Shown: in pieces, positions 50,309-58,901 of the stretch
How the letters are laid out: every line of letters begins with the position of its first letter
Numbering within the stretch: position 1 is the first letter of the stretch
Virus record (IMG/VR): IMGVR_UViG_3300012940_000021
Coordinates: 1-63,911 of that record
Origin: a virus
Lineage: Duplodnaviria > Heunggongvirae > Uroviricota > Caudoviricetes
Direction: 5' to 3' (one strand)
Length of the DNA stretch: 63,911 nucleotides
Made by a program: the position numbers and the translations under genes
Notes under the pieces: generated by a model
The model's database searches: none
The model's input: only the letters and a program-made list of their open reading frames with translations
What the model was told of the DNA's origin: nothing

Positions 50309-52897
50309 CTACTCCGTTGCGATATAGATGAACGTTACCTGGATGGTATCTGCGGCCCCGCTTCGGTTCGTCACGGTGATCGGGATGTCCGCACTGGTCA
50401 TGGCCTCCATCGACGCTCCGTCCACGAACGGCGACAGCACTGCGCTGAGCAGCTCATCCGTCGTCACGAACTCGAAGATCAACCCGTGGTCCCCGGTGGG
50501 GTCCACTCCGATGGGGCGGGAAAGATCTGCGGTCTGCTGCGCTGCGGTCGCGTAGACCCGCACCCGAGCAGGCTCGTCAGTCTCGATCTTGAAGAGTCGG
50601 TAGGCCGTGGCCAGCGAGATGGTGCCGGTCTCCGAGTTGCCGTTTGGCAGCGAAGCGGTCGTGTAGACGGCGCTCGTTCGAGTCGGAAGAGAACCTCCTC
50701 CGCCACCGACGCCAGCCTCTTCCCACGCGGTGCCGACCCCCGGCTCATCGTTGGTGTTCTCCTCATCGGTGATCCAGAGAAGTCCATCGTGCGTCACGAG
50801 ATCGTTCGGCTGGTAGGTCAGGAGTGAAGACCAGGAGCCTCGATAGGTGAGGCTCTGCCCCGAGGCTCCCTGAGCGCCGCGCTGAGCGAGAAGATTCCAC
50901 GATGGAGAGAGCGCCGAGGGAGTCTCGTTGAGGTTGTCCTCGACCGCGATCCAGGACGTGCCCTCGTACTCGACGGCATCCGGGTACTCGTACAGCTCCC
51001 CGGAGTTCCACGGCCCGCGCCAGTTGATACCGGGCGGTCCTGCTGGTCCCTGGAGGCCCTGCGGACCGGTCTGGGTGTTCTGGGTCGTCGGAGTCCCTCC
51101 ACCCCCGCCACCGCCGCCAGACACGTTGGCCAGGGTGCCCCCGAGCGTGCCGTCGCTGGTCGTCTTCAGCCACCGCTCGTAGCGGGCTACGAGGTCCTGC
51201 ACGATGGTGTCGAACTCGATGGAGAACTCCGGCTGACCGGTGTCCTCGGTCTCCTTCACCGACAGGGACATGACGTGCCGGGAGGTCAGATCGAACTCAT
51301 CCTCCTCGCTCGGCGCGAGAACCCAGTCCCCGACGAAGAAGTCGAAGAAGGGACGAGCGTCGTCGGCGTCGATGATGTCGTAGGTGGCCGAGGTCTCCGG
51401 CTCCGCACGGGCGGCGAAAATCTTCTGGGCGAGGTCACCGCTCACCGCGTCGGACGCGCCCGTCGAGACAAAGCCCTCGATCCGCCCGTACTTGGCGATG
51501 GACCCGGACAGACCGTCCGCCAGCGAGCGCCAGCCATCGTTGGTCGCCATGAGGAGCGCGTTCTTGATGTCCGACGTGCCCTCCTCCTGGGCACGCATGA
51601 CGTTGCGACCGATCTCGAACTTGATGGGCTGGACGGCTTCCGACTGGGTGTCCCGATGCGTGCCACGCTCGATGTACATGTTCAGTTGGAGCGTGTCGGG
51701 GTCGATCCAGACATCGCAGACCAGCTCTTCGAGCTTCGCCACCACGTCGTAGTACTCGGACCCGATGTCGAACGACCAGTCCAGCGAACGAGGCCAGGCA
51801 GCCCCCTCCGAGTCCGTCGTCGCCGTGAACGTCGGAGTCAGGAACTCCGGGAACCGGACGCCCCGATCCTCGGCTTCCTGAAGGAGGGTCAGCATGATCT
51901 CGCCTGGAGTCCAGCCGGGCGGCGGGTCCGGGTAGACGTTGACCTTCCAGTCGGTGGTGTTGGTCACCGCGAGCAGCTCAGCAGCGGTCTCCGTCGCCGC
52001 GTCACCGGCTCGGAAGAGCGCGGCGATGAGGCCCGCCTGCCCGGTGCCATTGGCCAAGACCCGAGCCGCGAGGATGTGATGGCCTGGAGCCAGCTCCAGG
52101 TCGGCGCGCCAGGTCCTCGCGTAGCCATCGGTCTCTCGGCTCTCGATGATCTGCTGACCATCCATGAAGAAGTCGAACTGGTCCTTGCCCGCACCGAAGA
52201 CGGCGTACTTCTTCACGCCGATCTCGGGCGCGATGTCGAACTCGTAGCGGAAGTAGTTCACGCCCTCGGGGGCCGGGTTCTCCTCGGCGTCGTTGTCCAC
52301 GCCCCAGATCCAGTGCGCGTCTGGAGCGTCCGGCCACTCCGCTGGAGCGGTGCCGAACGGGTTGGGGTTCGGATCGAGGCTGTACTGCTGGATGCTCACT
52401 GGAGCCACCCAGTCCTCTTCGATGTACCAGGACCCCTGCTCGGAGGCGAACGAGAAGGTGCGGGACTCCTGCGAGTCCGTGCGGATGCCTCCGTATGGCT
52501 CGACCACCGCATCGTGGAACCACTCGCGCAGACCGCCGCCCGCGATCTCCCAGAACTCGCCGGACTTCTCCTCGCGGTTCACGTAGTCGCTCTTCTTCGA
52601 CGTGGCAATGAAGGCACCGATGACCTTGCGGTCGAGCCGGATCTTGAAGACGTTGCGGTAGTCGAGAAGATTCTGATTGTCGATCAGCTTGGGGTCGTTG
52701 CGGTAGATCTGGAAGGACCCGCCTCCCGGACCTCGCAGCTCGTCCAGGCTCTTCAGTTCACGACGACGCGGGAGCACGTCCATGATCGTGAACGGGTCAT
52801 CGAAGGGGTAGACCTCCAGCTCCAGGCCGATGCGGAACGGATCGTCGGCATCGGTGATGACCTCGAACGGGACCTCATTCGACTCGAAGTCAGCCAT
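50309..52897 (-). CDS. Large minor tail (Tal/hub-like) protein with collagen-like and W-rich carbohydrate-binding-like repeats
   Basis: GPQGLQGPAGPPG; WRGPWNSGELY...; YRGSWSSLLTY... Confidence 0.8.
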   Translation of the reverse strand: MADFESNEVPFEVITDADDPFRIGLELEVYPFDDPFTIMDVLPRRRELKSLDELRGPGGGSFQIYRNDPKLIDNQNLLDYRNVFKIRLDRKVIGAFIATSKKSDYVNREEKSGEFWEIAGGGLREWFHDAVVEPYGGIRTDSQESRTFSFASEQGSWYIEEDWVAPVSIQQYSLDPNPNPFGTAPAEWPDAPDAHWIWGVDNDAEENPAPEGVNYFRYEFDIAPEIGVKKYAVFGAGKDQFDFFMDGQQIIESRETDGYARTWRADLELAPGHHILAARVLANGTGQAGLIAALFRAGDAATETAAELLAVTNTTDWKVNVYPDPPPGWTPGEIMLTLLQEAEDRGVRFPEFLTPTFTATTDSEGAAWPRSLDWSFDIGSEYYDVVAKLEELVCDVWIDPDTLQLNMYIERGTHRDTQSEAVQPIKFEIGRNVMRAQEEGTSDIKNALLMATNDGWRSLADGLSGSIAKYGRIEGFVSTGASDAVSGDLAQKIFAARAEPETSATYDIIDADDARPFFDFFVGDWVLAPSEEDEFDLTSRHVMSLSVKETEDTGQPEFSIEFDTIVQDLVARYERWLKTTSDGTLGGTLANVSGGGGGGGGTPTTQNTQTGPQGLQGPAGPPGINWRGPWNSGELYEYPDAVEYEGTSWIAVEDNLNETPSALSPSWNLLAQRGAQGASGQSLTYRGSWSSLLTYQPNDLVTHDGLLWITDEENTNDEPGVGTAWEEAGVGGGGGSLPTRTSAVYTTASLPNGNSETGTISLATAYRLFKIETDEPARVRVYATAAQQTADLSRPIGVDPTGDHGLIFEFVTTDELLSAVLSPFVDGASMEAMTSADIPITVTNRSGAADTIQVTFIYIATE

Positions 52898-54437
52898 CGG
52901 TGTCCTCCAATACGACCTTCACCATCGAGGACACAGCCCCCGTGGGAACGATAGCGACGATCCAGCCGTGCTCGGGCGTGATGATGTCCGGGTCGAGCGC
53001 CTGGCCGTGCTCGATGACGTAGCCCTCCTGCGAGTACTCGGTGTAGTCCAGGGTTCCCGTGTTGGCGACGTAGGTCAGGACGGGAGCCGACTCGTTATCG
53101 TCCCCGGTCACCCAGAGGATGGGGGTCTCGTCCGCCGAGCGGATGACGAAGGACCGGATGCTGCCCGTTCGGATCGGCTGAGCGGCGTCGAAGCCGTACC
53201 ACTGGATGCGGAACTGCGAGATGGACTGCCCGATGAGAGGAGACCCTGCGGGGACGACGAATCGTCGGTGGTGCCAGGCTCCATAGGCTTCCGGCTGATC
53301 TGAGACCCAGGCGTCCCCTGTGGTGTCGTTGAGAAGCCAGGGGGACATGCCCATGTCGGTCGTTGTCGCTCCAACACTGAAGGACGGGAAGATGTCGAGC
53401 CTGGTCGAGGACGGGACCTCCCACATCACGTCGTACTCGAAGATGTCTCCTTCCTGAACGACATGCGAGTCCGAGGAGTTGAGCAGGACGTAGGGCATGT
53501 CCGTAGTGCTCGATGTCGCCCGAGGTCGGCCCGAGACCTTGACGGTGGAGGCCACGACGGCAGCGGGTACGGTCTCCCAGCGGGCGATGGCGCAGACGAG
53601 GTTCCCAAGGTGGACCTCCCCGTCGTACTCGTTCTGGAACGCCCCGAAGCCGTGCCCATAGATGTTGAAGACGTAGCCCTCCTTCCCCTGCTCTGGTCGA
53701 ATCCACCAGATGTGCGGCACCGGGGTCTCGTCGGTGACGGCGTTGAGGTCGGTGTAGACCGCCGCCTGGTAGTCCCCCGTCGGCGGGAAGACGTTCATGT
53801 TCATGTACTCGGCGGCGAGCTTCAGATTCGACTCGATCCCGACGTTGAGGTTGAGGTAGCGAGCGACCGGCAGCGGGCTGACCGTTTCGACGCCGACGTT
53901 CATTTCGAGATACGCGGCGAGGAGGTCGAGCGTCGCCGCCTGCTCGACACCGATGTTGATGTCGATGTACTCGGTGGTCGATCCGAGGATCGGGTACACG
54001 TCGAGGAACTTCTGCGGGGACCACTCGCCCCAGGTGTTCGTGTCCGCGTCCCCGGCTCGACCGCGATACCACCACGTCTGGTAGCCGAGGTCGGTGGGAG
54101 GCTCAGTGACCTGCGGAGTGCCCGAGATCACGTCCGAGAGGTTGACCGTGTACGTCGGGGATGGAACCCAGGGCGTCGTCGGAGTCGGGTTGCTGCCGGG
54201 CTGCGTAGCCATTTGCGTGCGCCACTCGATCTGGATGTCCACCGGGGTGCCGACCAGGGAGTAGCCGATGACCGTGATGTCCGGTCGCCGGTCTCGGGAG
54301 TGGAAGCCGTTGACCGGCGCAACGAACTCGATGCCGAATCCGTTGACGAGCGGCGGGGTGCGGAGGGCATGCTGGAAGGCCGCACCCCCGCGTCGAGCGG
54401 GCGGGCGCGGATGATTCCGTCTTGCCCGCGACACCAC
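52890..54437 (-). CDS. Minor tail protein with Ig/IPT-like domains
   Basis: Repeated Y(L/I)xxNxG pattern; IRPEQGKEGYVFNIYGHGFG; start uncertain. Confidence 0.72.
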   Translation of the reverse strand: MVSRARRNHPRPPARRGGAAFQHALRTPPLVNGFGIEFVAPVNGFHSRDRRPDITVIGYSLVGTPVDIQIEWRTQMATQPGSNPTPTTPWVPSPTYTVNLSDVISGTPQVTEPPTDLGYQTWWYRGRAGDADTNTWGEWSPQKFLDVYPILGSTTEYIDINIGVEQAATLDLLAAYLEMNVGVETVSPLPVARYLNLNVGIESNLKLAAEYMNMNVFPPTGDYQAAVYTDLNAVTDETPVPHIWWIRPEQGKEGYVFNIYGHGFGAFQNEYDGEVHLGNLVCAIARWETVPAAVVASTVKVSGRPRATSSTTDMPYVLLNSSDSHVVQEGDIFEYDVMWEVPSSTRLDIFPSFSVGATTTDMGMSPWLLNDTTGDAWVSDQPEAYGAWHHRRFVVPAGSPLIGQSISQFRIQWYGFDAAQPIRTGSIRSFVIRSADETPILWVTGDDNESAPVLTYVANTGTLDYTEYSQEGYVIEHGQALDPDIITPEHGWIVAIVPTGAVSSMVKVVLEDTDG

Positions 54438-54440
54438 GGC

Positions 54441-54893
54441 TTACTCTTCGAAGATCAGGAAGCAGTTGACGTTCACGGCGTCCACGGCGAGGACCCGGAT
54501 GCCGAGCCGACCGTTCGGCGCGACCATGGGGCGCTCGTCAGGGTAGCCCGCCGAGTAGACCTCCACGAGGTTGCCGCCAGCCGGGGACACGTAGTGGACC
54601 TCCAGCACGTCATCGGCGGTCGGCTCCGCCGTGTGAGCAGTGCGCCCCTGAGCGATGGAAGCCTCGCTGTTCGGATCGAGCTTCTTGGGGGTGTAGGCCG
54701 ACGACGTGCCCGCCGACGTGAGTCGGAGCAGCTCGACGCGCACCGGCTGGTCGGTCACGTCCACGCCGTTGAACGAGATGCCCCAGCGCGAGAGGCGCAC
54801 GGGCTTGGTCGCCCCCGCGACGACCTGGAGGACGGTCTCGACGGTGGAGGCCGCGATGGCTTCCCCCGTCACGTTGATGCTGTAGTGAGCCAT
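54441..54893 (-). CDS. Minor tail protein
   Basis: Position; AGGAG RBS. Confidence 0.7.
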   Translation of the reverse strand: MAHYSINVTGEAIAASTVETVLQVVAGATKPVRLSRWGISFNGVDVTDQPVRVELLRLTSAGTSSAYTPKKLDPNSEASIAQGRTAHTAEPTADDVLEVHYVSPAGGNLVEVYSAGYPDERPMVAPNGRLGIRVLAVDAVNVNCFLIFEE

Positions 54894-54901
54894 GGCTTCT
54901 C

Positions 54902-55774
54902 CTAGCTGGACCAGTTGGTGACATCGGCGGCGATCCGGGCGGACCAGACCGACACCTGGGCGTTGGTGGGTACGACCCGGCGCACGATCAGCTCGTCGCT
55001 GATCTCGCCGGGAAGGATCTCCGGGACGGTGATCGAGTTGAGGAAGGTCGATCCGCCGTTGTCCGAAATCGTGTGCATCCCGGCCACCGAGGGGGTGCCA
55101 GGAGTCAGCGCCTCGGTGTAGACCACCACGTCATTGGCCGTCAGGTCGGCGCTCATGTTCTTGATGCGGAAGCTGCGATCAGCAGAGGAGCCTCGCGGCA
55201 CGTTGCCCCAATCGAGGTAGGCAGGCTCCATCTCCTCGTCCAGCGTCGGGTGCCAGAACGCCAGGCGGTCGATGGTGGCCAGCGCCGACACGTCGGCATA
55301 GATGTGGAAGGCCCGAATCGTGCTCGTGAGCTGCGACGTGTTCGACATCCGAACCCCCCGGATGCCCTGGCTGTCACTACCTGGGATGGTCAACAGGAGC
55401 TGCGAGAAGATTCGGTAGTTGGGCTTCACGTCCTTCAGGAGCTGAAGCCCGGACTGGTGCGTCGTCCACGTGCCGTCGATGCCGGTGGTGGTGTCCTTCG
55501 AGGTCTCCAGCGACCACAGTGCAGTTGAGCTGTTGAGGTTCGTGGCGAAGAACACGGCGGCGATGTCCATCGGGGCCGGGAAGACGATGGCGACCCGAGA
55601 CTGCGAGGCCAGGGCCACCCCGGTCTCGGCCTCGGAGTTCAGTGCCCGCAGCTCGGAGGCGGTGAGCTGGTCCAGGACGCCGGACGCCGAGAAGAACGCC
55701 CCGATGGACCCGTCGCGGTCGTAGGCGATGCGCGTGGCGGGCGCGTCCATGTAGTTACCGGCCATCAGACCCAC
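54902..55774 (-). CDS. Minor tail protein, paralog 3
   Basis: RIAYDRDGS...LDWGNVP...RSFRIKN. Confidence 0.75.
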   Translation of the reverse strand: MGLMAGNYMDAPATRIAYDRDGSIGAFFSASGVLDQLTASELRALNSEAETGVALASQSRVAIVFPAPMDIAAVFFATNLNSSTALWSLETSKDTTTGIDGTWTTHQSGLQLLKDVKPNYRIFSQLLLTIPGSDSQGIRGVRMSNTSQLTSTIRAFHIYADVSALATIDRLAFWHPTLDEEMEPAYLDWGNVPRGSSADRSFRIKNMSADLTANDVVVYTEALTPGTPSVAGMHTISDNGGSTFLNSITVPEILPGEISDELIVRRVVPTNAQVSVWSARIAADVTNWSS

Positions 55775-56889
55775 TCTCCTACTTCAGCCAGGATGCGCGG
55801 CCCCCATGGTCCGATGAGGCCGGGGCCAGGCACCTGGAGTCGCACGTAGATGGTGTCAGAGTCGGAGCCTGCCGGGATGCTGGACAGGCTGAGCGACGAC
55901 GAATAGATGGTCCCGTTGAGCGAGAACTCCAGCCCCGTGTGCGGCGACGGGGTTGGCTCTGGAGAGGGCGGGGCGAAGGACAGCTCGACCACCGAGGCTT
56001 CCTGGTCCGAGAGGTTCCGAATGCGGAAGGTCTTGACCTGCTCCTCTCCGGTGTGGACATCTCCCCACGAGAAGTCCATCGAGGCGCTCCCGTCGTCCGT
56101 CACGAACTCCAGTCGATCCTCATCCGCCAGGGTGTCTGGCTCCCCGTACAGGTGCAGGTAGGCCAGAATTCCGACCTGATTGGCCCCATCCCTGTTGTCG
56201 CTCGACCACTCGGTCGGATAGGAGTCGAACAGCATCCGAACCCCACGGAGATTCCGGGTGTTCGCGGTATCCACGGCCTTCCATCCATAGCCGTCCACGT
56301 CGGCGTTGCGTCGGAAATACGGCCCGATCTGAATCGCGGTGGCCGAGTCGTTGAAGCTGGCCCTCGGATCAACCACTGTCCCGTCAGGAGCGACAGCTTG
56401 CTCATACCCAGGAAGGGAATCGGGCGTGGTGGTGCGCGGGGGTCCTGCCGTCGAATACACGGTGTTCCACGTGCCATCCTGACCATTCGTCGTATCAACG
56501 CTCGTTTGGATCGCAACCAGGGCCTGGCCATAGGTGAGGTAACGACTTCCGAAGCTGCTCCCCGAACGAGTGAAGACATGACCCGCGAGAACTCCTCTCA
56601 GCCGAGTGGGTGTGGGGAAGATCAGAGCGATGAACTGAGGGGTGACGCTCAGCACTCCCGTGCTCGAATTGCCCGCCATTTCCCAGTAATCTGCCGCCTC
56701 TTCAGCACCTCCGCCAGAACCTGAAATCCACAGCCCACTGCTCTTCTCCGAGTTCAGTCCAGTGAGCGCAAGAGGAGCCATCTCGAAGATCTGACCGGCC
56801 AGCGCCGGAGGCCAGTTTCGAGAAATGAAGCCCTTCGTGCCGTCCAGGTCGTAGGCGATGCGCTCCCCTGGAGGGGTCGGGTAACCCAT
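55765..56889 (-). CDS. Minor tail protein, paralog 2
   Basis: MGYPTPPGERIAYDLDGT...FSWGDV...KTFRIRN; ATG coupled to upstream stop. Confidence 0.75.
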   Translation of the reverse strand: MGYPTPPGERIAYDLDGTKGFISRNWPPALAGQIFEMAPLALTGLNSEKSSGLWISGSGGGAEEAADYWEMAGNSSTGVLSVTPQFIALIFPTPTRLRGVLAGHVFTRSGSSFGSRYLTYGQALVAIQTSVDTTNGQDGTWNTVYSTAGPPRTTTPDSLPGYEQAVAPDGTVVDPRASFNDSATAIQIGPYFRRNADVDGYGWKAVDTANTRNLRGVRMLFDSYPTEWSSDNRDGANQVGILAYLHLYGEPDTLADEDRLEFVTDDGSASMDFSWGDVHTGEEQVKTFRIRNLSDQEASVVELSFAPPSPEPTPSPHTGLEFSLNGTIYSSSLSLSSIPAGSDSDTIYVRLQVPGPGLIGPWGPRILAEVGEWV

Positions 56890-57983
56890 CAGGACCAGCT
56901 CCCTACGTCGAATCGAATCTTGGGAGACCACGTAGTGAGAGGCGAGTTGAGGGGCGTCACGCGCCGCACGAAGATCTCGCTGCTCACTGTACCGGGACCG
57001 ATAGCCGAGACCGTGACGCTGGAGGTCCAAGTGATCTCGTCCAGCGACAGCAAGAACTGGCTTGCCAGCGACGGCAGGGGGTAGTACATCAAGTCCTCGA
57101 CGGTGATCTCGATGTCGTTGGCCGTGTGAACGGCGGACTGATTCTTCAGACGGAAGCTCTTGTCCCCCGACGACCCGACAGCCACGTCGCCCCAGCTCAG
57201 TGTCGCGCCACCGAGGCGCATGTCGGAATCGGAGCGCCACGCCTGGAGGTAGTCCGATCCCGCTGCGTCGGTGTCCGGCTCGCCGTACAGGTGCAGGTGG
57301 TATCGACCCTGAGGCTGTGCCGGTGCCCATTGGAGAGAGTCCTGATTCAGAGGATAGATGCGAATGGCTCGAACGTTCCGCACCAGGGACCCCGAGAGCG
57401 ACTCGATCCCGACCCCGGAGTCAGCCTTCAGGAGGCGGTACACGTCCTTGGGAGAGCGGCTGTTGACGGAAGGGGACAGAGTTACATCCGCCCCGGTCGT
57501 GACGTTCCGAGCGGTCATCCCTGTGCCGGTCAGTGGAACGGGTCCCCGCACGAAGTTGCCCAGGAGAGACCACGTACCGTCGATGCCGTTGGTCGTGTCC
57601 TTCGAGACCTCCACCCGGTTGAAGTCGGTGGCGTAGATGAGGGAACTCGGCTCGCCGTCGCCGTCATAGAAGCTGGACGAGAAGGCTCGGGCGGTGGAGA
57701 GGAAGATACCGCGCAGGCGCGTTGCCACAGGGAAGATCAGGGCGATGAACGGGTAGTTGGCCGCGTCGGCGTCCGAGGAAGTGTTGATGGGCCGACCGTC
57801 GTTGTCCGCGAAGAGCGTCGGTGGGACGTAGAGACCTCCCCCGAAGGTGCTGTTCATGGCAGCCAGAGCGTCGGGGTGGATATCGAGAATCCCCCCGCCG
57901 AGCGACACGGAGGGATGCACGAGACCCACGGTCCCGTCGGTGTCGTAGGGGATTCGAAGTCCCGGAGGCATGGCGAACGGCAT
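56889..57983 (-). CDS. Minor tail protein, paralog 1
   Basis: PPGLRIPYDTDGT...LSWGDV...KSFRLKN. Confidence 0.75.
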   Translation of the reverse strand: MPFAMPPGLRIPYDTDGTVGLVHPSVSLGGGILDIHPDALAAMNSTFGGGLYVPPTLFADNDGRPINTSSDADAANYPFIALIFPVATRLRGIFLSTARAFSSSFYDGDGEPSSLIYATDFNRVEVSKDTTNGIDGTWSLLGNFVRGPVPLTGTGMTARNVTTGADVTLSPSVNSRSPKDVYRLLKADSGVGIESLSGSLVRNVRAIRIYPLNQDSLQWAPAQPQGRYHLHLYGEPDTDAAGSDYLQAWRSDSDMRLGGATLSWGDVAVGSSGDKSFRLKNQSAVHTANDIEITVEDLMYYPLPSLASQFLLSLDEITWTSSVTVSAIGPGTVSSEIFVRRVTPLNSPLTTWSPKIRFDVGSWS

Positions 57984-57986
57984 GGT

Positions 57987-58901
57987 CTACATCCAGGCCG
58001 GTCGGTAACGGAGCAGGGCGGTGCCGGTCCCGGCCTGCGCATCGAGAGTGAGATCGGTCTCCCCCGGCTCCAGGTAGAGCCAGAACTTGTCCCCTGCATG
58101 CTGTACGAAGCCCGCCGACTTGTACGGGTCACCAGAGGGGTAGTGGGTAGCCGTGAAGTCGTGAACCCGCACCGTCGCCATCTCGTCGTCGGGGATCTCC
58201 GTGGCGTAGCGCATCCAGAGTTCCTGCGGGACCGACTCGTTGACGATGCGCGGCGACGTGAGCGGTCCCTCGAAGTCCGCCTCGATCCACATGGTGCGGT
58301 CGTCCCCCAGCACCTGAATGGTCTGCTCTGGGCCGGGGTTGCTGCCGCCGACCTGCGTGGAGAACTCGACCTCGATCACGTCGCTGTAGAAGAACGGATC
58401 GGACAAGAGGATGTCCACGGTGAAGACGGCGCGTGCAGCCCCGTTCATCGTCGGAGTCAGACCTCCGGCGTAGGTGCCCTTGGCGCTCGCCTCGAAGAGG
58501 GTCCAGTCCCCGTCCTTGGTCATCGCGCTGGTGTCCACGCCTCCGGCCACGAGGTCGGCGTCGAGGAGCCAGAAGCGCTTCGTCAGGGTGAACTGCCGCC
58601 GAGGCGTCCACAGGAGGCGACGGAGCATCCGCCAGTTCCGGTCGAACGTGCGGCGGCTCTTCTCGTCGGTCGGGATCGACCCGTCCTCGTTGGCTCCGAT
58701 GACCCACATGCCGAGCGTGATGATGCGCTGGTCCGGGACCCGCTCCACGAAGACCGTGCCCGGCATGTACGGCACCCGGATGTCCTCGCCGCGCACGGGA
58801 GGAGGAGCCAGGCGGTCGCCGCCGAGCGTGGTGATGTTGAAGGCGAACGTCTGGAGGCTGACGCCATCCACGTCCCAGTAGGTCTCGGTCGAGTTCGTCA
58901 T
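57987..58901 (-). CDS. Distal tail (Dit-like) minor tail protein
   Basis: First gene after the tape measure; RxITL and DPFFY motifs. Confidence 0.75.
   Translation of the reverse strand: MTNSTETYWDVDGVSLQTFAFNITTLGGDRLAPPPVRGEDIRVPYMPGTVFVERVPDQRIITLGMWVIGANEDGSIPTDEKSRRTFDRNWRMLRRLLWTPRRQFTLTKRFWLLDADLVAGGVDTSAMTKDGDWTLFEASAKGTYAGGLTPTMNGAARAVFTVDILLSDPFFYSDVIEVEFSTQVGGSNPGPEQTIQVLGDDRTMWIEADFEGPLTSPRIVNESVPQELWMRYATEIPDDEMATVRVHDFTATHYPSGDPYKSAGFVQHAGDKFWLYLEPGETDLTLDAQAGTGTALLRYRPAWM

Noticed and set aside
54902-57983. Diversity-generating retroelement acting on the tail paralogs
   Set aside because: No reverse transcriptase and no near-identical template/variable repeat pair seen
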